Shown here: in pieces, positions 45,553-56,376 of the stretch
Layout: every line of letters starts with the position of its first letter
Position numbering within the stretch: the stretch's first letter is position 1
Source: Hyphomicrobiales bacterium
GTDB taxonomy: Bacteria; Pseudomonadota; Alphaproteobacteria; MED-G09
Assembly (NCBI GenBank): GCA_028339975.1
Contig: JAOLDG010000008.1
Location: 2,154-66,153 of the forward strand
Length of the DNA: 64,000 nucleotides
Reading direction: 5' to 3'
Program-made: the position numbers and the translations under genes
The notes under the pieces: generated by a model
Seen by the model: the letters and a program-made list of their open reading frames with translations, nothing else
Databases searched by the model: none
Told to the model about the DNA's origin: nothing

Positions 45553-47654
45553 CCGGCATCTAAGTATTTTAATGCCTCTTCTTTGTTAAAGAGGTGCAAA
45601 AGTATCTTTAAATTTTTCCCTCTATCAGAGTTATTGAGAAGGTTATTTTCTATTATATAGTTTGAATCATTTCTTGCTGTTTCCAATAAGTCTCTATCGG
45701 TGGATAAATTAGCTATTTTAAAATACGGTAAACCAGATTGTTTTGTTCCTAATACTTCGCCAGCACCCCTTAAGATAAGATCTTCTTCGGCAATAATAAA
45801 CCCATCGTCAGTTTCCCTTAAGGTTTCAATTCTCTTTTTTGCATTTTCTCCAAGGGGGGATCGATAAAGAAGTAAACAACTGGATGCTTTATCACTTCTT
45901 CCTACTCTCCCTCTTAGCTGGTGAAGTTGGGAAAGACCAAATCTTTCAGAATGTTCTATGATCATAAATGTAGCGTCAGGGACATCTATTCCAACTTCTA
46001 TTACAGTTGTTGCCACGAGAATATTTTTATTACCATATTTAAATTCCTTCATAGTCTCTTCTCTTTCTTCAATTGACATCCTGCCATGAACCAATCCAAC
46101 CCTATTGCCGTATATGTTTTTAAGTGATGCAAAGCGATCCTCAGCTGCTGCTAAATCAATTTTTTCTGATTCCTCTATTAAAGGGCATACCCAATATGCC
46201 TTTTCACCATTCTCCATTAGTCTTTTTAAAGATTCTGTTGCCTCATCAACCTTACTCAATGGCTTTGCAATTGTTTTAATTGGTTTTCTACCAACTGGTT
46301 TATCTAAAAGCCTTGATACCTGCATTGAACCATAAGCTGTTAATTCTAGTGTTCTTGGTATTGGTGTTGCGCTCATTATTATAATATCGGGAGGATTGTT
46401 AGAATTTTTCGACGTTAGTGATAATCTCTGATGGACACCAAACCTATGCTGCTCGTCAATAACGACCAACCCTAAATTATGAAAAGAAATTTTATCTTGA
46501 AAGAGAGCATGTGTTCCCAATATTATATCAATATCACCCGCACTAAGATCATGAACTATTCTCTCCCTGTCTAATCGTTTAGTTTTCCCCGTTAGTATTT
46601 CTACTTTAATATTTGATTTTAAACATAAGTTCTTAATACTTTCAAAATGCTGTCTTGCTAAAAGTTCAGTAGGTGCCATCATAGCAGCTTGTTTTGAGTT
46701 ACCTGAAGCTTGAAATAAAGCTGCAAGAGCAACTATAGTTTTTCCTGAACCAACATCGCCCTGTAAGAGTCGAATCATTCTATTTGGCCTTTCTAGGCCC
46801 TGAGAAATTTCTTCAATTGCTACTTTCTGTGAGTTAGTTAATTCGAAGGGTATGTTTTTATAAAGTGAATTCAATAAGATATTATTTTTTTTAATACTTT
46901 GGCCAACAGGTGCTTCAAAATTCTTAGCAAGCAATGCTAAAGATAGCTGGTTAGCTAATAATTCATCATATGCTAGCCTTTGTCTTGCGGGATTTTTATG
47001 GTCTATATCACTTTCATTTTTTGGATTATGAGCATTTTTTAAAGCTTCTGAAAAACTTGGCCACTTCATACTTTTATAAAATTCAGCATCCTGCCATTCA
47101 GAAAAATCTGGAATAATATTAATTGCTCTATTAATATGATTTGATATTACTTTATTTGTTAGGCCTTGAGTTAGGCTATAAACTGGCTCTACATTAGGAA
47201 GACTTTTACTTTTAGTCGATAAAACAATATGTTGAGGATGAATTATCTGTTTTTTCTCTTTATAGGCTTCTAATTTACCGCTAACTATAAAATTTTCTCC
47301 AATTGGTAAAAGCTCTTCTAGGTATTGCCTTCTTCCATTAAACCAGATTAAATCTATCTCACCAGTTTCATCTATGCATTTAACCTTATAAGGTAAACCT
47401 CGCCTTTTAGAGGGATTATGCTTAAGGACTGTGACTTCAATTGTAACTATCCGATCTTTTTCTGCGTTAGAAATTGTCGGTGTGTAGCTTCTATCAATAA
47501 TATTGTTAGGTAGGTGCCAAAGAAGGTCAATAATATTTTCACCAATTAAATATTTCAAGCGTAGCTTGAGTCTTGGCCCTATACCTCTTGCTGTTTCAAT
47601 AGGTTTAAATAATTGATCTAGAATCTTTGGTCGCATTGCTCTATTAAAGTACAA
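45549..47654 (-). CDS. recG: ATP-dependent DNA helicase RecG
   Basis: Has a wedge domain plus SF2 helicase motifs (GDVGSGKT, DEQHRFGV, the QLRGRVGR arginine finger). It is 701 aa. Confidence 0.9.
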   Translation of the reverse strand: MYFNRAMRPKILDQLFKPIETARGIGPRLKLRLKYLIGENIIDLLWHLPNNIIDRSYTPTISNAEKDRIVTIEVTVLKHNPSKRRGLPYKVKCIDETGEIDLIWFNGRRQYLEELLPIGENFIVSGKLEAYKEKKQIIHPQHIVLSTKSKSLPNVEPVYSLTQGLTNKVISNHINRAINIIPDFSEWQDAEFYKSMKWPSFSEALKNAHNPKNESDIDHKNPARQRLAYDELLANQLSLALLAKNFEAPVGQSIKKNNILLNSLYKNIPFELTNSQKVAIEEISQGLERPNRMIRLLQGDVGSGKTIVALAALFQASGNSKQAAMMAPTELLARQHFESIKNLCLKSNIKVEILTGKTKRLDRERIVHDLSAGDIDIILGTHALFQDKISFHNLGLVVIDEQHRFGVHQRLSLTSKNSNNPPDIIIMSATPIPRTLELTAYGSMQVSRLLDKPVGRKPIKTIAKPLSKVDEATESLKRLMENGEKAYWVCPLIEESEKIDLAAAEDRFASLKNIYGNRVGLVHGRMSIEEREETMKEFKYGNKNILVATTVIEVGIDVPDATFMIIEHSERFGLSQLHQLRGRVGRSDKASSCLLLYRSPLGENAKKRIETLRETDDGFIIAEEDLILRGAGEVLGTKQSGLPYFKIANLSTDRDLLETARNDSNYIIENNLLNNSDRGKNLKILLHLFNKEEALKYLDAG

Positions 47655-47657
47655 ATT

Positions 47658-47918
47658 ATGATAAAAGAAACAGAAAATTTTAGAAAAAAATTATTATTTC
47701 GCTCCAGTCACCGGGGTACTAAAGAGATGGATATTATTCTAGGTACATATGCAGAAGAAAATCTTCCAAATATGAATGATATTGAATTAAGAAAATTTCA
47801 AGAATTTCTTAATTTATCAGATCCTGATTTATATAAATGGATTATGTCAGGAGATAAATCTTACTCTGATGAATACAAAGAAATTATAGAAGATATAATC
47901 TCTACCAAAGACCTCTAA
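47658..47918 (+). CDS. sdhE: succinate dehydrogenase flavinylation factor SdhE (DUF339)
   Basis: RKKLLFRSSHRGTKEMDIILGTY...DPDLYKW matches the SdhE/Sdh5 RGxxE signature. Confidence 0.65.
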   Translation: MIKETENFRKKLLFRSSHRGTKEMDIILGTYAEENLPNMNDIELRKFQEFLNLSDPDLYKWIMSGDKSYSDEYKEIIEDIISTKDL

Positions 47919-47929
47919 AGATATAATTA

Positions 47930-50900
47930 ATGATTAATCTAAGGGATATAATTCAAAATGAATACTTGGTTAATTCTGACAAAGTAAAAGAATTTAATGA
48001 AATTCCCGAGGGATCTGAGGCTCTAATTTTTAAAGAATTATCATCATCTACAGACAGAGATATAATAATTATTTCAAGAGATTTGAAGAGATATCAGCAA
48101 TTAAAGGATTCTATTGAATTTTTTTTAGAAAAAAATATTCTTTTTTTTCCACAATGGGACTGTATTCCGTATGACAGAATATCACCCAATAAATCAATTA
48201 CATCAAAACGTCTAGAGACACTATCCAGTCTAGCTGAAGGGGGTAGGCCTAATAAGATTATTTTAGCGACTATTCAGTCCTCATTTCAAAGAACATTGGC
48301 AGTTGATGAGATAAAAGATAAATCTTTAAATCTAAAACCTGGACAAGTATTAAATGTTGATGATCTTTTGTTGTTTTTTGTAAACAATGGTTATTCAAAA
48401 GTAGGTACGGTTAGGGAGTATGGGGAGTTTTCGTTAAGAGGGGGAATAATAGACTTTTATTCACCTTTAAATCTTCCGACTCGAGTTGATTTATTTGGCA
48501 GTACAATTGAATCAATTAAAAGTTTTGATTTAATATCTCAAAGATCTATTGAGCTTATTGATAGTGTCAAAATTTTTCCATCCTCTGAGGTATCACTAAA
48601 TAGCTCAAGTATTGAATTGTTTAGAAAAAATTTTAATAATACATTTGGAAGTCAGAGAAAAAAAATTAAAGTTTATGAAAGTATTTCAGAAGGCATTACT
48701 TATCCTGGAATGGAACATTGGCTTCCATTTTTTTATAAAGAGACAGGGACTATTTTCGACTATCTTGATAGTCCAATTGTTATTTTAGATTCATTATACA
48801 ATGAATCTCTAGATAATTTTATTGAAACAATAAATGATCATTATGAATCTAGAAAAGAATATGATGATAACGATTTATCAAAAGATGAGAATAAATATTT
48901 CTCCCTTAAGCCAGAGCAATTATATCAAAACAGAGATTTATTCTTAGAAAATCTATCAAATTCTAATAATATTGAGATAAGTACATTCAAGAAACCAACG
49001 GGTATTAATTTTAATGGAAAAAAATCAAAAAACTATTTTGGAAAAGATGTTAAGAGCAAAGATCTTGAGTTATATGATCAATTAAAAAATGATATTAAAA
49101 AATTTCTTAATGAAGGTAAGGTTGTAATTATATCATGCTCAAGCGAAGGTTCTTCAGATAGAATTTCTAAAATACTAAGAAATAAAAATGTTGAGAGTAA
49201 ATCATTAAACTCAGTAAATTTTATTAAAAATACAATAAATTCAGATATTTATACAATTATACTAAATCTAAACTCTGGATTTCATATTGATAATTATGTT
49301 TTTATTTCTGAGCAAGATATTTTTGGGGAAAAATTCTATAGACCAAGGGTTATTCGAAAAGCAGAAAATTTTCTCAGAGAGGTTTCTAGTATAATGCCTG
49401 GCGACGCAGTTGTTCATATCGAGCATGGCATCGGAAGATTCGAAAATTTAATAACTCTTGAAATCAATGACGCTAAGCATGAATGCCTACTCTTGAAGTA
49501 TGCAAATGATGATAAGCTATATCTTCCAGTTGAAAATATTGAGGTATTATCAAAATATGGGTCTGATATATCAGATGTATCCTTAGACAAGCTAGGTGGG
49601 GTTTCTTGGGGTTCACGTAAAGAAAAACTTAAAAAAAGGATTAAATTTTTAGCCGAAGAGTTAATGGCTGTTGCAGCAAAAAGACAGATGGCTATAGCTG
49701 ATATAATTAATGTTCCTGATGATTTTTACGAAGAATTTTGTTCTAAATTTCCTTTCGAGGAAACAAATGATCAATATAATGCTATAGACGATGTCATAAA
49801 AGACCTAGAGAGGGGTCAACCAATGGATAGGCTTATCTGTGGTGATGTTGGGTTCGGAAAAACAGAGGTAGCCCTAAGGGCATCTTTCTTATCGGCTATG
49901 AGTGGAAAGCAAGTTGCTATTCTCGCGCCTACAACTCTTCTTGCAAGGCAGCACTTTGAGACATTTAAGGCTAGATTTAAAGGATTCCCAATAAACATAA
50001 GTGAATTATCAAGATTATCATCTAATAAGGATGGGATAATTAAGGATATTAATTCAGGGTTTTCTGACATTACGATTGGAACACATTCCTTGTTGGGTGA
50101 AAAAGTTGAATTTAATGACCTAGGACTTCTTATTGTCGATGAAGAACAACATTTCGGAGTTAAACATAAAGAAAAAATAAAAAAACTTAAAAGTAATATT
50201 CATATTCTAACCCTTACAGCAACGCCAATTCCTCGAACTCTTCAGTTAGCAATGACTGGCGTGAGGGATTTATCTATAATTGCATCTCCACCTGTTGATA
50301 GACGAACAATTGAAACGTACGTTTTTCCTACAGACCCTTTAGTCCTTAGGGAATCTATATTGAGAGAGAGGCACAGGGGTGGTCAGGTTTTCTATGTAGT
50401 CCCTAGAATAGCAGACATAGATGAAATTGAGGACTTTCTCAGGGAAAGTGTTCCAGAGGTTAATTTTATAACCGTGCACGGCCAAATGCCAGCAAAACAA
50501 ATCGAGGATAGGATTAATGATTTTTATTCTGGTTCATATGATGTTTTAGTTTCTACAACTATAATAGAATCTGGGTTGGATATACCTAATGCCAATACAT
50601 TAATAGTTCACAGAGCTGACATGTTTGGTTTGTCGCAGCTTTATCAGATAAGGGGCAGAGTAGGGCGATCCAAGATAAAGGCATATGCTTATTTAACTTA
50701 TAAAAATAAACAGATATTAGGAAAAAAAGCACTGAAAAGGCTTGAGGTACTCCAGTCACTAGATTCTCTTGGGGCCGGGTTTAATTTGGCTAGTTATGAC
50801 CTTGATATTAGAGGTTCTGGTAACTTACTTGGCGAAGAACAATCAGGACAGATTAAAGAAGTTGGTATTGAGCTTTATCAAAATATGCTTGAAGAAACAA

Positions 50901-51397
50901 TTGAGGGTTTAAAAAATCAAACAAATGATATTGTTGAAAATGATTGGTCGCCAAAGGTTTCCTTGCCATTATCGGTACTAATTCCTGAATTTTATATTCC
51001 TGATCTAACAACAAGAATGGAAATTTATAAGCGATTATCCTTAATTGAAGACGAAAATGAAACTGACGAGATAGCTGCAGAGCTTATTGATCGATTTGGA
51101 AAACTTCCTGCTGAGGTCGAAACTTTAATTGACACCATTGATTTAAAAAATATTTGTAAACTAGCAAATATTGAAAAGATTGATTGTGGAAAAACTGGAT
51201 ATTTAATAAAATTTAAGAATAACGAATTTTCTAATCCTAAGGATTTAATATCCTATATTACATACCACAATAAGAACTTTAGTATCAGGCCAGATCAAAG
51301 GATATCAGTAAAATTTAATGCAAAAGATATATCTATAATTGATAATATTAAGACAACAGTTAGAGAGCTGGTTGAGCTATCACAAATTGAAAGTTAA
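47930..51397 (+). CDS. mfd: transcription-repair coupling factor Mfd
   Basis: 1155 aa. It has UvrB-homology N-terminal domains, an RNAP-interacting domain, and SF2 translocase motifs (GDVGFGKTE, DEEQHFGV, QIRGRVGRS). Confidence 0.9.
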   Translation: MINLRDIIQNEYLVNSDKVKEFNEIPEGSEALIFKELSSSTDRDIIIISRDLKRYQQLKDSIEFFLEKNILFFPQWDCIPYDRISPNKSITSKRLETLSSLAEGGRPNKIILATIQSSFQRTLAVDEIKDKSLNLKPGQVLNVDDLLLFFVNNGYSKVGTVREYGEFSLRGGIIDFYSPLNLPTRVDLFGSTIESIKSFDLISQRSIELIDSVKIFPSSEVSLNSSSIELFRKNFNNTFGSQRKKIKVYESISEGITYPGMEHWLPFFYKETGTIFDYLDSPIVILDSLYNESLDNFIETINDHYESRKEYDDNDLSKDENKYFSLKPEQLYQNRDLFLENLSNSNNIEISTFKKPTGINFNGKKSKNYFGKDVKSKDLELYDQLKNDIKKFLNEGKVVIISCSSEGSSDRISKILRNKNVESKSLNSVNFIKNTINSDIYTIILNLNSGFHIDNYVFISEQDIFGEKFYRPRVIRKAENFLREVSSIMPGDAVVHIEHGIGRFENLITLEINDAKHECLLLKYANDDKLYLPVENIEVLSKYGSDISDVSLDKLGGVSWGSRKEKLKKRIKFLAEELMAVAAKRQMAIADIINVPDDFYEEFCSKFPFEETNDQYNAIDDVIKDLERGQPMDRLICGDVGFGKTEVALRASFLSAMSGKQVAILAPTTLLARQHFETFKARFKGFPINISELSRLSSNKDGIIKDINSGFSDITIGTHSLLGEKVEFNDLGLLIVDEEQHFGVKHKEKIKKLKSNIHILTLTATPIPRTLQLAMTGVRDLSIIASPPVDRRTIETYVFPTDPLVLRESILRERHRGGQVFYVVPRIADIDEIEDFLRESVPEVNFITVHGQMPAKQIEDRINDFYSGSYDVLVSTTIIESGLDIPNANTLIVHRADMFGLSQLYQIRGRVGRSKIKAYAYLTYKNKQILGKKALKRLEVLQSLDSLGAGFNLASYDLDIRGSGNLLGEEQSGQIKEVGIELYQNMLEETIEGLKNQTNDIVENDWSPKVSLPLSVLIPEFYIPDLTTRMEIYKRLSLIEDENETDEIAAELIDRFGKLPAEVETLIDTIDLKNICKLANIEKIDCGKTGYLIKFKNNEFSNPKDLISYITYHNKNFSIRPDQRISVKFNAKDISIIDNIKTTVRELVELSQIES

Positions 51398-52020
51398 CTT
51401 TTGTTTAAATGTTCAAGCAACTTAACAATTGATATTACTGGTTGAGATCCGGTTAATGTTATTCCATCGTCAATTATATAAGCAGGAACACCCATTACTC
51501 CGTTTTGCCTATTTGTCTGTTCTTGATCTATAAGAGTCGTTCTATCATCATCATTATTAAATTTTTTTCTTATTTTTTGAGGATCTAATCCCACTTTTTC
51601 GGCTATATCTATCAATATATTAATATCTCCGATATCTTTTGATTCTTCGAAATATGATTTAAATATCTCTTCAACAGTCTCTAATTGAGAATTATTTTCT
51701 TTCGACCAATATATTAAACGATGACTATTAAATGTATTAGGTATTATTCCTATAGTATTGTTTATATTACTAATTCCAGATTTTATAGCTTCATTTTTAA
51801 TGTTATTTTTTATATTAATATACTGTTCTTTATCAAATTTTTTGGAAACATAGTCACTACGATCAATGCCCTCGGGAGGCATGTTTGGATCTAGTTGAAA
51901 TGTTGAGTATTCAAAAGAAACCTTAATATCAGGGACTTGTTTTAATGCTAAATCAAAATTTCTTTTACCTATATAACACCATGGACAGATTGTATCTGAG
52001 ATAACTTTTACTTTTATCAT
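51394..52020 (-). CDS. DsbA-family (FrnE-like) thiol-disulfide oxidoreductase
   Basis: The CPWC active site lies in SDTICPWCYIGK. Confidence 0.7.
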   Translation of the reverse strand: MIKVKVISDTICPWCYIGKRNFDLALKQVPDIKVSFEYSTFQLDPNMPPEGIDRSDYVSKKFDKEQYINIKNNIKNEAIKSGISNINNTIGIIPNTFNSHRLIYWSKENNSQLETVEEIFKSYFEESKDIGDINILIDIAEKVGLDPQKIRKKFNNDDDRTTLIDQEQTNRQNGVMGVPAYIIDDGITLTGSQPVISIVKLLEHLNKS

Positions 52021-52082
52021 AGTTAATTTATACCCTTAATAATAAACCAAAATCTTGCTTATTCTAAAATCTAAAGGCATAA

Positions 52083-52892
52083 GTGTCTATAATGGAATTA
52101 GAATCATCATATTTAGTTGATAGCCACTGTCACTTGAACTTTAAAGATTTTGAGGATGACTTTGAGGAAGTAATAAAAAGAGCGAGAGATTCTAATGTTG
52201 GAATTATGGTGTCGATTTCCACCGAGCTGGATGAAATTGATCAAATTATTAATATAGCTGAGAAGTATAAAAATATATTCTGTACTGTAGGTGTCCATCC
52301 TCATTCTGCAAATATTCAAAAAGATTTAAATGAGAGCTACTTAGTGGAAAAAGCTTCTAATCCTAATGTTATTGGAATAGGTGAGACGGGTCTTGATTTT
52401 TTCCATGAAAATTCATTAAAAGAGGATCAAATTGATAGTTTTATTAAGCACATAAACGTATCGAGAGAAACACAGCTTCCATTAATTATTCATACGAGAG
52501 AAGCTGATGACAAAACATGCGAAATTCTAGAAAGTGAGTATAGAAAGGGCGCTTTTCCAGGAATTATTCATTGCTTCACAGCAGGAGAAAATTTAGCAAA
52601 AAGAGTCATTGATCTAGGTTTTTATATTTCTCTTTCAGGAATAGTTACATTTAAAAATGCATCTGAGTTAAGAGAGACTATTAAAAATATTCCCCTAGAT
52701 AGGATAATTGTTGAAACAGATTCACCTTATTTATCTCCAGAGCCTCTGAGGGGAAGAAGAAACGAACCTTCACACGTTCTTCATACTGCAAAATTCTTAG
52801 CTAATTTTTATGAAAAGGATGAAAAAGACTTTTTTTCATTAACAACAAATAATTTTTTTAAAATCTTTAAAAAAGCCAATAGGCCAGTATAG
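52083..52892 (+). CDS. tatD: TatD-family metal-dependent hydrolase (DNase)
   Basis: Has the DSHCHLNF N-terminal motif, GETGLD, and the conserved His and Asp residues of the TIM-barrel. Confidence 0.8.
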   Translation: MSIMELESSYLVDSHCHLNFKDFEDDFEEVIKRARDSNVGIMVSISTELDEIDQIINIAEKYKNIFCTVGVHPHSANIQKDLNESYLVEKASNPNVIGIGETGLDFFHENSLKEDQIDSFIKHINVSRETQLPLIIHTREADDKTCEILESEYRKGAFPGIIHCFTAGENLAKRVIDLGFYISLSGIVTFKNASELRETIKNIPLDRIIVETDSPYLSPEPLRGRRNEPSHVLHTAKFLANFYEKDEKDFFSLTTNNFFKIFKKANRPV

Positions 52893-52896
52893 CACA

Positions 52897-53706
52897 ATGG
52901 GTGAAAGAGTTTTAGTTACTATTTTAGGTTGTGGTTCTTCAGGTGGGGTTCCTAGAATTGATGGTGACTGGGGTGATTGTGACCCGAATGAAATAAAAAA
53001 CTTTCGTTCACGTTGCTCTTTGCTGGTTCAAAAATTTAATGCCAAAAATGACGTAACATCAGTTCTTATTGACACATCGCCAGATATTAGAAATCAACTA
53101 TTAAAGGCAAATGTAAAGAATATTGATGCAGTTCTATACACACATGATCATGCTGATCAATCTGGTGGTATAGATGATTTAAGGGTTTTTGCACTTAGAA
53201 GACGAAAAAAAGTTCAAGTTTACCTAGATGAAAAAACAGCATCTAGGTTAATTCCTAGATTTAGTTATTGCTTCAATACATTCGACGATAAGGTTTATCC
53301 AGCAATATTAGAAAAAAATACAATCAACCCATACGAAGGTTTCCATATCGAAGGCCCAGGCGGTAATATTTATTTTATGCCGTTCTTACAAAAGCACGGT
53401 AAAATTGATTCAATTGGTTTCAAATTCAATAATGTCGCTTATTCCAGTGATGTGGTAGATTTTTATGATAAATCTTTTGATATGTTAGATAATCTTGATT
53501 ATTGGATTGTTGATGCTCTTAGGCATGATCCTCATCCAACTCACGCACACCTTAATAAAACACTTGGCTGGATTAAGGATCTTAATACTTCCAAAGGTAT
53601 TTTAACAAATCTTCATATAGATCTCGACTACAATAAATTAAAGAATTCTTTACCAAATAATGTAAAGCCTGCTTATGATAACCTTAGTTTTGAGATTCCA
53701 TTGTAA
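52897..53706 (+). CDS. MBL-fold metallo-hydrolase (PhnP-like)
   Basis: Has LGCGSSGGVPR at the N-terminus and the HTHDHADQSGG (HxHxDH) motif. Confidence 0.6.
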   Translation: MGERVLVTILGCGSSGGVPRIDGDWGDCDPNEIKNFRSRCSLLVQKFNAKNDVTSVLIDTSPDIRNQLLKANVKNIDAVLYTHDHADQSGGIDDLRVFALRRRKKVQVYLDEKTASRLIPRFSYCFNTFDDKVYPAILEKNTINPYEGFHIEGPGGNIYFMPFLQKHGKIDSIGFKFNNVAYSSDVVDFYDKSFDMLDNLDYWIVDALRHDPHPTHAHLNKTLGWIKDLNTSKGILTNLHIDLDYNKLKNSLPNNVKPAYDNLSFEIPL

Positions 53707-53739
53707 AGGTTTGTATATTAGTTATACATAATATATATT

Positions 53740-54672
53740 ATGCGCATAAATATGATTAAATTTATCACTAAAAGACTCCTTATAGCCATCCCCACTCTTT
53801 TAATAATAATTGCATTTGGCTTTATAATGATGAGAGTTGCTCCTGGCGGGCCTTTTACTAATGAGAGAGCTTTACCTCCTGAGATAGAAAGAAATATCCA
53901 AGAAGCTTATAATCTTAATAAACCATTGTATGAACAATTTTTTATTTATATTAAAAATTTAAGTGTTGGCGATTTTGGCCCCTCTTTTAAATATAAAGAT
54001 TTTACCGTAAATGAATTAATAATTAGTGGGCTTCCTGTAAGTGCTACTCTAGGCTTATCATCAATAATAATTTCCTTATTTTTAGGTTCATTTCTTGGTA
54101 TTATTGCTGCCGTTAAAAGAAATACTTATTTTGATTATTCTGTTATGAGTGTCTCATTAGTGGGAATATGTGTTCCGAGTTTTGTTATGGCCCCTATCCT
54201 TTCATTATTTTTTGGCCTCTATCTTGGTATTTTACCTACATCAGGATGGAATGGAGGAAGTATATTAAACTTAATCTTACCTATAACAGCCTTATCACTT
54301 CCGCAAATAGCAGTAATATCAAGAATGATGAGAGCAAGCACTATAGAGGTGTTAAATTCTAACTTTATAAGAACAGCAAGATCAAAAGGTTTAAAATCAT
54401 CCTATATAATAAGAAAACATGTGATTAGAGCATCAATACTTCCAATTATTGAATATTTGGCTCCTGCTTCAGCAGGTTTAATGACAGGATCTATAATAGT
54501 TGAACAAATTTTTGGATTACCTGGAATTGGACGATATTTTGTTGTGGGAGCCCTTCAACGTGATTACACTTTAGTTAGCGGGGTAATGATACTTTATGCT
54601 TCATTATTGATTATTTTAATACTTATTACAGACATTTTAAGGGCTTATTTAGATCCAAGGGTTAAAATTTAG
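53740..54672 (+). CDS. ABC transporter permease (OppB/DppB family)
   Basis: Has 6 TM helices and the EAA-like loop (IRTARSKGL). Confidence 0.8.
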   Translation: MRINMIKFITKRLLIAIPTLLIIIAFGFIMMRVAPGGPFTNERALPPEIERNIQEAYNLNKPLYEQFFIYIKNLSVGDFGPSFKYKDFTVNELIISGLPVSATLGLSSIIISLFLGSFLGIIAAVKRNTYFDYSVMSVSLVGICVPSFVMAPILSLFFGLYLGILPTSGWNGGSILNLILPITALSLPQIAVISRMMRASTIEVLNSNFIRTARSKGLKSSYIIRKHVIRASILPIIEYLAPASAGLMTGSIIVEQIFGLPGIGRYFVVGALQRDYTLVSGVMILYASLLIILILITDILRAYLDPRVKI

Positions 54673-54679
54673 GTTTATC

Positions 54680-55576
54680 ATGAGATTATTAAAAAAAACT
54701 GATAACCTAGAAATGTCTTATAGCTTAAAGGGAAGATCTCTTTGGGTTGATGCAAGAAGAAGGTTATTTCAAAATAAAGCCGCCGTTATATCATTGTTTA
54801 TATTAATTTTTATTTCAATTATTTCAGTTTTTGGTCCATTTTTTATCCAATATGGCTTTAGCGATACCGATTGGAGTTCTATCTATCAACCACCCAGCTT
54901 AGAAAATGGCCACTACCTTGGCACAGACGGTAATGGGAGAGATTTACTTGTTAGAATTTTACATGGCGGCAGGTTAAGCCTTTCAATAGGTGTAATAGCA
55001 ACATTTGTAAGTGTATTTATTGGCGTTATTTATGGTACTATAGCAGGGTTCTTTGGCGGTAAACTAGATACCTTTATGATGAGAGTTGTTGAGATTCTTT
55101 ATGCAATGCCATATTTGATCTTTGTTATTATTCTAATGGTTGTATTTGGAAGAAATATTTATTTTCTCTTTATTGCAATAGGCGCGGTAGAATGGTTAAC
55201 AATGGCCAGAATAGTAAGAGGTCAGACTATATCACTAAAAGAAAAAGAATTTATTGAAACAAGTAGAGCGCTTGGGCAATCAAATACCTTAATAATAATA
55301 AAACATATTATTCCTAATTTAGCTGGTCCCATCATCGTTTATATTACTTTAATGGTTCCATCGGTTATTATTTTAGAGAGTTTTTTATCATTCTTAGGTC
55401 TTGGTGTTCAAGAACCTCTAACATCATGGGGTGTTCTTATATCAGAAGGATCTAGAGAAATGGAAACTGCATGGTGGTTATTGATCTTTCCGGGATCTTT
55501 TATGGTTATTACTTTGGCTTCTTTGAATTTTATAGGGGATGGACTTAGAGATGCAATCGACCCAAAAGAATATTAA
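54680..55576 (+). CDS. ABC transporter permease (OppC/DppC family)
   Basis: Has the N-terminal OppC extension, 6 TM helices, and an EAA-like loop (IETSRALGQS). Confidence 0.8.
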   Translation: MRLLKKTDNLEMSYSLKGRSLWVDARRRLFQNKAAVISLFILIFISIISVFGPFFIQYGFSDTDWSSIYQPPSLENGHYLGTDGNGRDLLVRILHGGRLSLSIGVIATFVSVFIGVIYGTIAGFFGGKLDTFMMRVVEILYAMPYLIFVIILMVVFGRNIYFLFIAIGAVEWLTMARIVRGQTISLKEKEFIETSRALGQSNTLIIIKHIIPNLAGPIIVYITLMVPSVIILESFLSFLGLGVQEPLTSWGVLISEGSREMETAWWLLIFPGSFMVITLASLNFIGDGLRDAIDPKEY

Positions 55577-56372
55577 AAACAATGATTTATTACTCGAAGT
55601 TAATAATTTAAATGTTTTTTTTAATACAACAGATGGCTTAATCAAGGCTGTAAATAATATTAACCTTTCGATCAATAAAGGAGAATGTCTAGGTGTGGTG
55701 GGTGAATCTGGATCTGGAAAAACTCAAACATTTTTTTCCATAACAGGTCTTCTTTCAAACAATGGTTATTGCAAAGGTTCTGCTATATTTAAGGGTTTTG
55801 ATCTAATATCTTCATCAAAAAAAGAAAGAATGAAGTACCTTGGTAAATCAATTGGTTTTATTTTTCAGGATCCAATGACTAGCTTGACTCCTCATATGAA
55901 AATCGGTGATCAATTATCTGAGATTTCAATTTTTCATGATAATTTAACAAAAAAAGAATCATTGAAAAGAGCTCTAGAGGTTTTGGATATAGTAAAATTA
56001 CCAAAATCAAGGAATCTAATCACCTCTTATCCTCATGAGCTGTCAGGTGGAATGAAACAGAGAATAATGATTGCTATATCATTGATGTGTAGTCCTGAGC
56101 TAATAATAGCCGATGAACCAACAACTGCTCTTGATGTTACCACTCAATCAGAAATACTTAATATTTTCAATGATTTAAAGAACCAATTAGGTATTAGTAT
56201 TATTTTAATTTCTCATAATATTGGAGTTATTGCAGAAACTTCAGATAATATAATTGTAATGAAAGATGGTAGTATTGTTGAAAATGGATCGACTTATAAT
56301 GTTTTGACTAATCCTCAGGATAAATACACAAAACTCCTTCTTTCATGTATACCTCCTTGGCTGGACGTTTAA
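55539..56372 (+). CDS. ABC transporter ATP-binding protein (OppD-like)
   Basis: Has Walker A GESGSGKT, the signature LSGGMKQR, and Walker B IIADEP. Confidence 0.8.
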   Translation: MDLEMQSTQKNIKNNDLLLEVNNLNVFFNTTDGLIKAVNNINLSINKGECLGVVGESGSGKTQTFFSITGLLSNNGYCKGSAIFKGFDLISSSKKERMKYLGKSIGFIFQDPMTSLTPHMKIGDQLSEISIFHDNLTKKESLKRALEVLDIVKLPKSRNLITSYPHELSGGMKQRIMIAISLMCSPELIIADEPTTALDVTTQSEILNIFNDLKNQLGISIILISHNIGVIAETSDNIIVMKDGSIVENGSTYNVLTNPQDKYTKLLLSCIPPWLDV

Positions 56373-56376
56373 GTAT

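Noticed and set aside
45294-46335. Track ORFs inside the DUF502 gene (antisense) and inside recG (sense strand of the opposite gene)
   Set aside because: They are embedded in conserved genes and have no support.
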